Shown in pieces: positions 24,101-36,779 of a stretch of 64,000 nucleotides of DNA. Under the pieces are notes generated by a model. It ran no database searches and was not told the origin of the DNA. It was given only the letters and a program-made list of their open reading frames with translations. The first letter of the stretch is position 1. Every line of letters begins with the position of its first letter. The stretch comes from Scyliorhinus canicula (lineage: Eukaryota): NCBI RefSeq assembly GCF_902713615.1, contig NC_052158.1, positions 30,421,990 to 30,485,989 of the forward strand, written 5' to 3'. The position numbers and the translations under genes were made by a program.

Positions 24101-24799
24101 TGTGCCACATGCTGGAGGGGCTGAACGGCTTCCTTCTGTTCCCATGTCCATGTGCCAGGATCTTACTGTTAGACTCATGTTCCTGACTTCCTTGTTTGTT
24201 GATTCTCACAAAAGATACCGCAAGCTTAAACTCAACTGGAGCCTCGACATAATTATCGCCTAATGATGAGGTTACGCTTCTGGTCACCCAGAAGCCCGGG
24301 ATAATGCCCTAGGTAAACGCATAAATCATTTTGAAACGTATACAATTCGGACAGAGCTAGGCAGACTTGGCGTAGATAAACTGTTTCCTCTGGCTGTGGA
24401 GCGGAGGGTGTAGACGAGGTGTCACAGTCTCAGGGTGCGAGGTAGTCGTTTTAAGACTGATATGAAAGAGATTTCTTCACTCGAGGGGTGGTTAGCCGGT
24501 GAAATTCCCGACCACAATTGGAGGACAAGTCACTTACTGCGTTTAAGAAGGAAATAGATGATTTTTAGACTCTGAAGGTGTCCAGGGGAATGCGTAGAGT
24601 GTGGGATATGGCATTGAGATAGAGGATCAGCCATGAACATATTGAATAGTGAAACAGGCTTCGATGGGCCGAATGTTTCCATGTTTCTACCACACCAGCT
24701 GTGAAATTTTAGCTTACTAAATTAATAAAAATATAATTAAAATCTAGTCTTCGCCATTGTGACCATAGAAGTCTTAACGTAGTAAAACGGAACATTGTA

Positions 24800-25020
24800 A
24801 GGGCAGCACAGTGGCGCAGTGGTTAGCATTGCTGCCTTACGGGCGCTGAGGTCCCAGTTTCGGTCCCGGCTCTGGGTCACTGTCCATGTGGAGTTTGCAC
24901 ATTCTCTCCGTGTTTGCGTGGGTTTCAGCGCCACAAGCCAAAAGATGCACAGGGTAGGTGGATTGGCCACGCTTAATTGCCCGTTAATTGGAAAAAATGA
25001 ATTGGGCACTCTAAATTTAT
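24800..25020 (+). mobile_element. tRNA-head SINE
   Basis: gggcagcacagtggcgcagtggttagcattgctgcc head. Confidence 0.7.
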
Positions 25021-25689
25021 GGAACAAAACACTGAGCACTGTAAAGGAGCGGGGACACCATGCCGCATTAAGTCTGAAATGTTCTCCTCAGGAGCAACTG
25101 TCCTAAAGTTTCGAGAGCTCTACCACAGATTAGTGAAGCAACTGCCTGACATAGTCACACACACACAAACTGAATAATACCCAACAACAAATATTCAAAC
25201 CACTCCAACGCCATTTCTAATGTGTCCCCGTGGTCATATCACGGTGTTATTCAGTTAGGAAAGAGTTGCCTTCGGAGTTCAGAGTTCGCGGGAGTTCCCG
25301 GGAAGGCCCCAGGCACTAGGTCAAACGTCGACAAGGAAACTTTCTGTTTATGAGATACCGCCCTTCCTCAACTGATAATATTGTTGCAAGTCGAATAGCA
25401 TGAAGCGTAGTAAGGCCACAGAAATCACCCTGGCTGAGGATGTCAATGTCTAGCGCACAAATTTGCATTGTCACAGTAAAACTGACATATGTACAAGAGT
25501 GTCGCTAAACCGGTAGTTGAGGGAATCAAGAAGAGGGGATAAAGCTACTTGCACTCACCCTCATCAATCTATCGGTTTCTGACCATAAGTGTTTTAATAG
25601 CAGTGAGAAACGGGCATTTTTGTGGAACGTACGTCTCAATTTCACATGAAGGATAAGTGACGCAGTCAGCGGTCTGAGACTTGCACTCG

Positions 25690-26110
25690 CGGAGATGCAG
25701 TGGGATTCTGAAAACAGCGTGAGTGGAGATGCAATGGGGGGGGGGGATGTCAAAACAGCGTGAGTGGAGATGCAATGGGGGGGGGTGTCAAAATAGCGTG
25801 AGTGGAGATGCAGTGGGGGGTGTCAAAACAGCGTGAGTGAAGATGCAATGGGGGGGCTGTCAAAACAGCGTGAATGCAGAGACAGTGGGAGTGTCAGAAT
25901 AGCGTGCGTGATGCAGTGGGGGGGGGGGGGGGGGTGCCAAAACAGCGTGAGTGAAGATGCAGTGGGGGGGGGGGGGCTGTCAAAACAGCGTGAATGCAGA
26001 GACAGTGGGAGTGTCAGAATAGCGTGCGTGGAGATGCAGTGGGTGTCAAAACAGCGTGAATGGGGATGCAGTGGGTGTGTCAAAACAGTGTGCGTAATGA
26101 TGCAGTGGGA
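25690..26110. repeat. Minisatellite, about 35-45 bp unit caaaacagcgtgagtggagatgca(a/g)tg(G)n, about 10 copies
   Basis: Direct inspection; two units carry the variant cgtgaatgcagagacagtgggagtgtcagaatagcg, showing a higher-order duplication. Confidence 0.85.
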
Positions 26111-26596
26111 GTGGAAAACCAGCTCAAATGGAGACGCAGTCGGAAGATTGAAAGCAGCGTAAGTGACGAGACAACAGGAGATTAAAAACAGCACAGGTGG
26201 AGAGGCAGTCCGGACTTTGAAAACAGCGGAGTAAACAAACAGTGGCATTACAGGAAAGAAGCAATGCGATTGGCTGGAGAAGAAGCTAGATGTTTGCTGA
26301 GTGACTGAAAAGTGGCTAAGGTTTACATTTTCCGAATCTTTAAAATATTCTAGCCAATTTATTTTTGTGAGTAGATAGTAAATTGTTTGGCCTGTCAGTG
26401 CGGTGTGTTAGGCCCTGACTGCTGATCGTCGATTTAGGACATGGGACCGAAGGTACATCAATCAAGAACAATAACTACAAACTTTGAAATTAAAATAAAA
26501 TTATTCAAAGAAATACTTAAAATACGTCATTTTAAATTCAGAGATGTAGAATTTTAATTGTCAATTATACCAGCATTGAAATAATACCAGCATTAA

Positions 26597-26930
26597 GGGC
26601 AGCGCGGTAGCATGGTGGTTAGCATAAATGCTTCACAGCTCCAGGGTCCCAGGTTCGATTCCCGGCTAGGTCACTGTCTGTGTGGAGTCTGCACGTCCTC
26701 CCCGTGTGTGCGTGGGTTTCCTCCGGGTGCTCCGGTTTCCTCCCACAGTCCAAAGATGTGCGGGTTAGGTGGATTGGCCATGCTAAATTGCCCGTAGTGT
26801 CCTTATAAGTAAGGTTAAGGGAGGGTTGTTGGGTTACGGGTATAGGGTGGATACGTGGGTTTGAGTAGGGTGATCATTGCTTGGCACAACATCGAGGGCC
26901 TGTTCTGTGCTGTACTGTTCTACTGTTCTA
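26597..26930 (+). mobile_element. Full-length HE1-type SINE
   Basis: tRNA head gggcagcgcggtagcatggtggttagc, body and (tactgttc) tail. Confidence 0.85.
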
Positions 26931-27039
26931 CTGAATGCGCACTGTCAATTGTAGCATACATAGGAATTACTCTCAGTTAATTAAGAGGGGAATTAAATTC
27001 AATTAATTAAATAACATAAGTTACAATGGCCTGTCGGGA

Positions 27040-28260
27040 GTTATGTTGAAGGGGTGGAGTATGGGATGATTTGGATGTGAAGGCGACCAGAACAAACAAG
27101 TATGCCAAAAGGGTAAGCAGCTGGAGGATTTCCGGATTAGATTATTTATCTGGAAGTCGAACTACAGGCATTGTGCAGCACAAGCGAGGATGAGAAACAT
27201 ATGGTCACTTCATTCCAAAAGATGGTCACAACCCTAGAAATAGGACTGTCTCTTTTGGTCAGAGATGAGGGACAAGAGGATGTGACCCAGAGTATAGAAA
27301 GGTAAAGGGGCCGAGGCTAACTGTAATGGAGGAGCCCTAGACTTTGTAATTGTCAAATAGGTTTGGGGTGCTCACAACCCATGTGGGTGGAAGCAAGGAC
27401 AGCAAGGAGGACGAGCCCACTTGGCCATCACATCGTGGTACAGGAAGCCATTCAAGTGGGTGCAGCAAATAGCAATGCAATCGTACTGGAGGACAGTGTA
27501 ATGAGGGGGGATGGACTCTGTCCCTGTAGCAAAGACCGGGAGTCCATACTATTGTGTTGCCTGCCAGGTGCCAGGGTTCAGGCCAGTAGATCAGGGTTGG
27601 AGAGGAGCATGCAGTTGTAGGGAGGATCTATCTCTCGTAGTACATGTAGCTACCAAAAGCATAGGCACGACCAGGGAAGAGACCGAGGCATCAAATTAAG
27701 AAGCAGAACTTAAAATAACCTTTTGATTGGGGCGTGCAAATGCACAAAAGCAAATAAGGTTATGGAACGAAGCGTGTGGGTCAGAGACTGCTTTGGGTAA
27801 GTGGATTCTGGTTCATGGCGCACTGGCATCAGGCCTGTCGAAAATAGTGCCTGTAGGATTGGAACGGTCGACACATGAACCATGGTAGGACCAGTGTTCT
27901 CGCGAGCTGCATACGAGGGAATTGGAGAGCTATTTAACATAAGCAATAGGGGTGAGAAATTCAGCTTTGGTAGGTGTCGCAAAACAAGGTGCAGAGTCAA
28001 GTCAGGAGAGCAAAATAGTAATTTGGGAAATGAGGGTAGAAATTTCTGGGTGAAAGAAAAACTTAAGAATACGTGAACAGTCAGGACAAGATATTGCAAA
28101 TATAGACAAACGACTAAACTGAAGTGTCTGTATCTGAGTGCAGGTGGCATTCATAACAAAGTAAATGAATTGATAGCACATTGTAGTAAATAGATATGAT
28201 CTGATAACCATTACAGAAACGTGACTGCAAAGTTACAAGGATATTAAAGAAGAATAGGAA
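27040..28260 (+). mobile_element. CR1 LINE 5' region (degenerate ORF1 esterase-like region and endonuclease start)
   Basis: IVLEDSVMRG..CCLPGARVQ; LKCLYLSAGGIHNKVNELIA. Confidence 0.65.
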
Positions 28261-29424
28261 GCTCGGTAATCGGTGGAGAACCGGTAATCAAGAAAAGTCG
28301 GTACGGTGGCATATTGGTTAGCACTGCTGCCTCAATGTGCCATGGATGCGCTTTCAATTCATGAGGTGTTGGGCTGGATTCGCCAGTCCGTCAGCCCTGT
28401 ATTTCTCGGCTGCGCACCAGTCGCTGGAGGCAGGTCCCTATCGTTCTGCTGATTGTCAATGGAATCTCCAATGATAACCACCCGCGGTTGTCACAAAACC
28501 CATTGACTGGGCTGCACTGCCAGTGGGAAAATTGAATTGCAACCGCTGGAGAATTCCAGCCATTGCTTTTAAACCGGTTATGGGACATCGAAGTGAGATA
28601 CAGATATCGTATTTAATAGGAGGAGCCAGGTCTGCCTGTAGTTTTGTACTTTGCCGTATTATTTCAGTCTGACAAGACAGAAGGATTTTAAGTTGAACAA
28701 CAATTTTGCCAAATGTTGCTGGATTGAGCAGAAATGCACTGATCCTGCTCTTGAAAGGGTCTCTCTCTCTCTCCAAATGTCTCGACACAACTAAGCAAGT
28801 AACCTGATTGTTAAATTTATAAGTTGCATTTCAACTGTGTTGGGCAGCTGAATGGGAGTTAGTAGCAAGTACAGATCGTAAGCGTATTTGTCGCGTGCAC
28901 TAAAGAACTCTTTAACTGATAATTGCAAAGCTATTTTCTTTTATGTTAATTATGTGGTTAAGTTAAAGTTTGGTTTAACATAAAAGTTACCAATTGGTCG
29001 AGTTATCATTCTGGGATGAAGTTACCTTTCCTCTTGTCTTGAAAATTTAAAACATTGTTTGGGGTTCCTGTGTGGTGTACCCTGTCAAATTGTACCCTGA
29101 GACTGGAAATTACTGTTCGTCCAGATGAAGATGCTGGCTGCTCTGTTTATTTAATTTAACAACAATGTAGAGGTAACTGTGAGGCTGAGTTAGATACTAT
29201 CAACATCCATGTGAAGACTAGTAGCGCGGATGCTTCCAGAATATGTCATGGAAGGGCAGCGTGAGCACGTTGAACATGTTGGTGATAAATAGGAGGCGCC
29301 AAAGCTAGATTCTTGTGGCAAATCAGAGGTGACGGCACTAGGGCAGGGAGAGAAGCCTATGCAAGCGAATGGATGGTGAGGATGAGATAAATGGGAATGG
29401 TGAGTGTAGCAACCGCCTATGAGG

Positions 29425-29665
29425 GGTTGCAGGGGGCAGCACGGTGGCGCATGGTGGCACAGCAGTCTCACGGCACCGAGGTCCCAGGTTCGATCCCGGC
29501 TCTGGGTCACTGTCCGTGCAGAGTTTGCACATTCTCCCCGTGATTGCATGGGGTTCGCCCCCACAACCCAAAAGATGTGCAAGGTAGCTGGATTAAAGAC
29601 GCCAAATTGCCCTTTAATTGGAAAAAATGAATTCAGTACTCTAAATTAAAAAAAATAATAATTTA
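29425..29665 (+). mobile_element. tRNA-head SINE
   Basis: Same family as 24800-25020. Confidence 0.7.
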
Positions 29666-30659
29666 AAAAAATGAGGGGTTGCAGGTTGGTGCTTGGCGAA
29701 CGGTGTCAAGAGATTGTGTCAACGGTGTCAGAGAGGTCGGAGAAGGAATCAGAGGGAACTGTTACCTTTGTCACCGCGGTATGTTCCTTGTGACTTTGCA
29801 GAGATGATAACATGATTGGGGGGGATTCAAACATGTGAGTTCCAGGGAAGATGGCAACGGCTATCAGGCAGTAGCCGAGTATTTTATTTTGCTTACGTTA
29901 TTTTTTTTTAACTAAAAGAAACTGCAGCTCCAGGCGACAGTGCGCAGTCGGATGCTCAAGCACTAACACCGCATTCAATTGCAATCTGAAGCGGAGTTTC
30001 TAAACGCTTCAAGTCCGTGCAACATATCATGGCCTCTGTGACCAGACGCCAACTGCAGTTCAACAGGACAGCTGAGCCTCACACGTGCCGCTAAATCCAT
30101 CTTGCCAGTTAATAACAAATAGCCAAATCTCCATCACATTGTCCGTGGAGTTGGTTGTTGCAATAGTTCGCTTCTGGCTTTTAGTTAATTGGGCCATAAG
30201 GACTTGGATCAATTAGCTGAAGGAAGTTGCAAGGTGAATATTGGTTGATTCAATATTTGAAGGCTGACTGCGGGAGCTCAGGAACTATTTTCAGTTCGTC
30301 CACCTCTTGCGAGCATTAGGAGAGTCTAATTCATTCAATCGGATGAGAGATTTCATGGAAGCAAGTTACACGTTCCGCCCAGTCGCACCTCATTCAGAAA
30401 TGTTCAGAGATCAGTTGAGAACCGCGGCATTGAACCGCCACGGATTCTTGGCGACTGTCTCGCCGTATCCCATCAAAACTGTCCCACCGGCATTCTTCAT
30501 CACTTGTCTACGCAATTGACTGTCTGAAAATCGTGCGATGGTAACTAATATTATACATTGGAGGGTCAAGTGAATTTGAAACATTTCGCTGGATAAGTAA
30601 ACAAACTTTAGAATTACATATAGAAATATATCTCCTCCCCCCCCCCCCCCTCCCCCATT

Positions 30660-30920
30660 AAACCCGCTGAAAGAGCAGTCAATCTAGGACCATTCCCTCG
30701 CCCCATCCCCGTAACCGCACCTAGCCTACACATCTTTCCACACTACGGGACAATTTTACAATGGCCAATATACCTAACCTGCAGATCGTTGGCCGTGGGA
30801 GGAAATCGAAGCACCCGGAAGAAACCCACGCAGACAGGGAGAGAACGTGCAAATTTCACAGACAGCAACCCAGGATTGAACCTGGGCCCTGGCGCTGTGA
30901 GGCAACAGTGCTAACCACCT
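30660..30920 (-). mobile_element. Diverged HE1-type SINE
   Basis: Body and head homology. Confidence 0.6.
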
Positions 30921-31048
30921 CTATTTTGTTGCTAAGTGGTTCATAGAATCAAGTTGTCATATTATGGAAAGGTTGTCACATTTCGCACAGAATTAACTGT
31001 CAAAGCCCAAACGTCGCAACAAATAGCATGATCTTTTTTCGTTTCCAG

Positions 31049-31383
31049 ACCATGAAGCTGGGATTTTCGCAGTTATTCAAAACGCGACCAGTATTCTGGC
31101 TGAGGAAGGACAGACTCCCTTGTGAGTACACAGCCCACGCCTCCAAAGCGATAGGATCTTCTAGCCGGTAGAAAGACGCGAGAAATGGAACTGAAGTATC
31201 CAACAGAACAGCTGCGCACAGAGGGCGGGTCCACAGGGTCAACCAGGATTTTGCCAGAACCGGAGACGCGTCCATTCTCATCAAAGATGTTCGAGTGAAG
31301 AATTCCGGGGTGTATAACTGTGAAGTGGCGATGATGCAGCTGGGTATGGAATTATGGAGCAGAGACACATCTCACCGCGAGAA
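31049..31383 (+). pseudogene. NKp30-like VJ-type V pseudo-exon, copy A
   Basis: Acceptor ttttttcgtttccag|; reads DHEAGIFAVIQNATSILAEEGQT/PCEYTAHASKAIGSSSR*KDARNGTEVSNRTAAHRGRVHRVNQDFARTGDASILIKDVRVKNSGVYNCEVAMMQLGM/YGAETHLTAR|gtaaac; 8-nt deletion, WY->R* and 1-nt insertion relative to copy B. Confidence 0.85.
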
Positions 31384-32044
31384 GTAAACCATTGGGTTCA
31401 ATCCATTAATATGAGACTGAGGGGTGGTATCTCCGATCCTATAACGTTCTGCTCTTAATTCCGACTGAAGCTCGGTCAAAACGGCTTCAACGCGGTAATT
31501 TCCGATTGTGGAATTCCCTTTCAGTTCCTTTGACGAGACATTTTAATCCTTTAAAATAACCGGGTTCGAAATAGGAGTAAATGTGACTTGTTGAGGGTGC
31601 AAAGTAAGCGAGATAGTCTTTACCACCAGTAACACCATGTGTACCCTCCATTTGCCTGGATCAGTACAGCTACATAAACCTTCAAGAAGTGCAACTCCAT
31701 TCAGCACAGAGCAGCCCGCTTGACTAGTACCTCACCCACCACCTTTAACATCCATTCCCGCATCCACTGACGAATAGTGGCAGCAGTGTGAACCATATTG
31801 AAGATGCACTGCAGCAGCTCAACCAGGGTTCTTCAGCAGCACCTTTCAAACCCGCGGCCTCTACTGTCTAGAAGGACAAGGACAGCAGATATCTGGAACG
31901 CCACCATCTGGCTGTTCCCCTCCAAGTCCTTGCCATCTTGACTTGGGAATATATCACCGTTCCTTCGGTGTGTCAAAATCCCTGAAGTCGCTCCATAATA
32001 GCACTGGGTGTTCCTACACCATATGGACTGCAAGGGTTCAAGAA

Positions 32045-32245
32045 CAGTAAGAAGTCTTACAACACCAGGTTAAAGTCCAACAGGTTTGTTTCAAACACGA
32101 GCTTTCGGAGCACGGCTCCTTCTTCAGGTGAAGAAGGAGCCGTGCTCCGAAAGCTCGTGTTTGAAACAAACCTGTTGGACTTTAACCTGGTGTTGTAAGA
32201 CTTCTTACTGTGCTCACCCCAGTCCAACGCCGGCATCTCCACATC
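32045..32245. mobile_element. 201-bp palindromic Penelope-derived insertion with 12-bp TSD (agggttcaagaa)
   Basis: TSD at 32033-32044 and 32246-32257; perfect 82-bp inverted repeat 32045-32126 / 32129-32210 with a 2-nt spacer. Confidence 0.9.
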
Positions 32246-32519
32246 AGGGTTCAAGAAGGCAGCTCACCACCACCACTTTCTCAACCACAAATACGCATGG
32301 GCGAACAGGTCTCTGGCCTGGCCAGCGAGGACCACATCACCCATGGGAGAATTAAAAAAATTCCATAATTTTCAATTGCCCATTATTCCACTCAATTGTT
32401 GCCAAGTGGTTCCCTGAATCCGGTAGTGAAATTAGGGAAACTTTGAAATAATAACACACAGGATTGAGTATCAACGCCACAGCATCGAAACAAGTAACAC
32501 GAACGTTTCTCTTTTCCAG

Positions 32520-32817
32520 GAATTGCAGTTATTCAAAGGTTAGCCACCATTCTGGCTGAGGAAGGCCAGACAGTATTTCTCCCTTGTGAGTACACAGCCA
32601 ACGTCTCCAAAGCGAAAGGATCTCCTCGCTGGTACAAAGACGGGAAAAATGGTACAGGGGCGGGTCCACAGTGTCAACCAGGTTTTTGCCAAAACCGGTG
32701 ACGCCTCGATTTTCACCAAAGATGTTCGAGTGTAGGATTCCTGGGTGTATTACTGCGAAGTGGTGATGATACAGCGGGGTGTGGAATATGGAGCAGGAAC
32801 AGATCTCACCGTCAGAA
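32520..32817 (+). pseudogene. NKp30-like VJ-type V pseudo-exon, copy B
   Basis: Acceptor gtttctcttttccag|; reads GIAVIQRLATILAEEGQTVFLPCEYTANVSKAKGSPRWYKDGKNGT/GRVHSVNQVFAKTGDASIFTKDVRV*DSWVYYCEVVMIQRGVEYGAGTDLTVR|gtaagc; 29-nt deletion and TAG stop; downstream intron (about 250 nt) homologous to that of copy A. Confidence 0.85.
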
Positions 32818-34840
32818 GTAAGCCATTCGGCTACATCAATTAGCATGAGATCGAGAGGTGGGAAATCCGACCCTTTAATATTCTGCTCTTATTTCCGACT
32901 GCACCTAAGTCAGAACGGCTTCAAGCGGTAATTTCCCATTCTGGAATCCCAGCTCAGCTCCATTGAGGAAACATTTTAATCATTTAAAATTACCGGGATT
33001 CTGACCAGGAATTAATTCGACTTTTTTGACGGTACATAACAAGCGAGGTAGCATTTAACATAACACTGAAAGCAAAATGTTGCGGAGCTAAGAATCTGAA
33101 ATGAAATCAGATACTGCTCCGGAAACGCGGCACGTCTGGTGGCATCTGGGGAGAAACAAAAATGTTAACTTATCGAGTCTGCCTGACTCTTCTTCAATGC
33201 CTTTCTTCATAGATTCCAGCGCCCCTTAAGCTATTTTTACTCTCTCTCTTGCGATGAGTACAGCTACAACAAGAGTCAAGAAACTAGACTCCATCCAGGA
33301 GAAAACAGCCCGCTTGATTGGCACCCCAGTTAGAAACATTGACTCCCTCCACCACCGGTGCACAGTGGCACCACTGTGTACCATCTACAACATGCACTGC
33401 AGCTCACAGAAGCTCCTTCGTCAGCACTTTCCAAACCCGCGACCTCTACCACCTGGTGTTGTATTCACGTTTTAATAGTGAGTGTGTTGTGGACAATGGC
33501 GCTATCAGCGGCTCAGACGATTTTGGGGAGGAGAAGGTCACGCAGTAGCTTAAAAATGGGCACTAAAACAAGGCTTTTAGAATTGGCAAAAAATATTGCA
33601 GGTAACACTGCCTGACAAAGTACGGAAAGAAGAGGTAATTGCGGCGGTAGCTGAACATTTAAACTTGCCTGAGACACAGTCAGACTCATTAGAAATGGCA
33701 AGAATTCAATGACAGATAAAGCATCTTGAACATGAAAAATAATTAAAGAAGCTTGAATTCGAAATGAGAGAAAAGGAGAGAGAGGAAAGCGAAAACGAAA
33801 GAATAGCCCTAGCAGAACAGAAAGCAAGAGAAAGGGAGGAACAAACAGCACAAGGAATGAAACTGCTTGAGGAACAGATCAGGGGGGAAAAAAAGAGAGA
33901 GACTTTGAACTTCAAACTGACCATTAAAAGTGAACGTCAGATAAAATTGTCGGAGAGCTTCGTAGTCGAAGGCATAGTGAGGATCTATTTAAATATGTCC
34001 AAGCATTGCCAAGGATTGATAAGAAGGATGGAGAAGCCTTTTTCATTTTATTTTTGAAGTTGGTTAATCAATGAAATGGCCACAGGACATGTGGGTATTA
34101 CTGATTCAAACAAAGTTGGTAGGTAGAGCTAGTGAAGTTTTTGCATCACTGTCAGAGGAGGTATCTGGGACGTATGAGGAGGTGTAAAAAATTCATCTTA
34201 GATGCATATGAACTAGTGCCTGTAGCTTACAGACAATGGTATAGAGATTTAAGGAAAGAACCTGGTCAAACATACAAAGCGTGAAAGGATCAAACAGAAA
34301 GATTTTGACAAGTGTAGAAGGGCTTTGAAAATAGACCAAACTTATGAAGCTCTTAAATAAATCATAATTTTGGTGGAGTTTAAAAGTTCAATTACTGATG
34401 TAGTGAGAACTCATGTGGAAGAGCAGAGGGTTAAAACTGCGAGTTAGCAGCACAAGTGGCAGATCTTCATGAATTAATTCATCAATCAAAGTTTGGCTTC
34501 CGATATCAGTTTAAGCCTATGAGGGTTAGAAACTGTGGAAGAGAGAAATACTCCGCTGGTAAAGGAGATCTAATGGGAGATGATAAGGTTAGTGTACCTC
34601 AGAATGAAATGAAATCCAGGAGGGTGGAAGGGAATGAAAAGTTTCAGAAGTTTTTACTGTAATAAACTAGGCCACATAAAGTCAGAGTTTTGGGCGTTTA
34701 ATAAAAGCACTGGGAAGGTTGATGTGGTAATACAGGATATGCCAGTGGGATTTTTTAAAGTGGAAATAGAAAGCCCAATTAAAGCGAAGGAGGTGCAAAC
34801 GAACATACAGCCTGACCAAGAGCTGATTAATAAGCAGGTG

Positions 34841-35030
34841 CCAAAGTTCTTGAACTAATTTACTTGTGTGGGTAAAGTTTACCAGGAACTAAAGTTCTTA
34901 AAATAATTTACTTGTGTGGGTAAAGTTTACCAGGAGCCAAAGTTCTTGAAATAATTTACTTGTGTGGGTAAAGTTTACCAGGATCCAAAGTTCTTGAAAG
35001 AATTTACTTGTGTGGGTAAAGTTTACCAGG
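34841..35030 (+). repeat. Four tandem copies of a 48-bp unit inside the Gypsy gag-pol junction
   Basis: ccaaagttcttgaaataatttacttgtgtgggtaaagtttaccaggag x4 with few variants. Confidence 0.9.
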
Positions 35031-36779
35031 AGGAGTAGGTCAGGAAGTCAACATTTTAAGAGATAAGGGAGCTAGTCAACGTTTAATGGTAAGAGATGAG
35101 GAGTTACAATGTTTGGGAGGAAAATTAACAGAAAAGGTGGTAATATGTGGAATTCAGGGTGAGAAGAGTAGTGTTCCATTATATAAGGTGATGCTGGAGA
35201 GGCCAGTGAAGAGAAGTGAAGTGGTAGTTGGAGTAATAGAGAAACTACCTTGTCCAGGAATACAGTATCTCTTGGGTAATGATATAGCTGGATCGCAGGT
35301 GGGAGTGATGCCTACTGAGGTTGATAAGCCAGTGGAAAATCAGAGAATAGGTGTTGAAGGACGAATATCCTGGGATTTTTCCTGATTGTGATGTAACAAG
35401 GTCACAAAGTCTCCGGTTAAGACATGAGGAGAAATCCAAGGGTGAAGGTGGTTGAAGTTCAATTATCAGAAACGATTTTTGGTCAGTTGATTGGAAAAGA
35501 CAAGAACAGGTGGAGGATGAGGTGGACATGTTTAGTACAGAAAGTTGGCAGTTACATCAGAAAGAATTGGAAATAAAATGGTTGTATTAGAAAGCAGACA
35601 CGGAAGAGGAATCTGAGTGGAACCAGAATGTTATTACCTTAAAAATGACGTCTTAATGAGACAATGGCGACCCTTACATATGCAGGTGGATGAAAAGTTG
35701 GCAGAAGTTCATCAAGTGGTATTGCCGGTGGGGTATAGAAAGGATGTGTTGCAAGTAGCATATGAGCTACCAGCAGAAGGACAGTTGGGAGTAAGGAAAA
35801 CTCAAGCTAAAATATCAAACATTTTAATTGGCTTGGACTACATAAAGATAGAGTTAAATTTTGTCGTTCATGTCACGCATGTCAAGTGATACAGAAACCT
35901 CAAGCAGTGATAAAGCCGGTGCCCTTAATACCCATTCCAGCATTTGAGGAACATTTTACAAGGTCTTAATTGATTGCACAGAACCACTTCCTAAAACGAA
36001 AAGTGGACATCAACATCCTTTGACTACAATGGATGTGTCTACTAGGCTTCCAGAGGCTATTCCATTGCACAATATTATAGCTAAAAGCATTTTGGAGGAG
36101 TTACTTTTTTTTACCAGATATGGACTACCCGCAGAAGTACAATCGGATCAAGGATCAAATTTTACCTCGAGGTTATTCAAGGAGGTTACAGATAGCTTAG
36201 GAGTAAAACAATTTGAATCAGCAGTGTACCATCCAGAGTTGCAGGGAGCGTTAGACCGGTTGCATCAAATGTAAAGACAATGTTGAGGGCTTATTGTCAA
36301 GACTATACAGAGGAATGGGTTAAAGGTTTTTCATTCGTACTGTTTGCAATTAGGGATGCACCGAATAAGTCAACCAAATTCTGCTCTTTTGAAGAAATGT
36401 TTGATCATGATTTAAGAGGACCACTTAAATTGATTAAGAGAAATTGGTGAGTGAGCAGTCTGAAACTACATCATTGGATTACGTGTCGAATTTTAGGGGG
36501 CAGTTAAATAGAGCAGGTGAATTGGCTAGAAACATCTAAAAGTTGCACTGTATGTAATGAAATAGGAAGTGGACAAGAAAGCCAAAAGTTTGTTGTTTTC
36601 GCCAGTGGAGATAAAGTTTTTAATTGTTACCAGTGGTAAGTGAACCTTTAAAAGCAAAGTGTTGTGGACTTTTTCAGATTGAAAGGAAATTAAGTGAGAT
36701 GAATTATTGGGCAAACGCCAGATGGAAGGGAAAGACACCGAATGTGTGATGTGAATATGCTCAATAGGTATTTTGAAAT

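Noticed and set aside
30330-30530. Possible decayed V segment on the minus strand (GGTVL..RFNA..SLNISE)
   Set aside because: Far too short between strands, lacks Cys and Trp, and has multiple stops.
32045-32210. Palindrome as a CRISPR array, pre-miRNA or DNA-transposon MITE
   Set aside because: Eukaryotic context with no repeat-spacer array; the 12-13 bp TSDs, asymmetric extra tail and identity to a Penelope terminus indicate retroelement origin.
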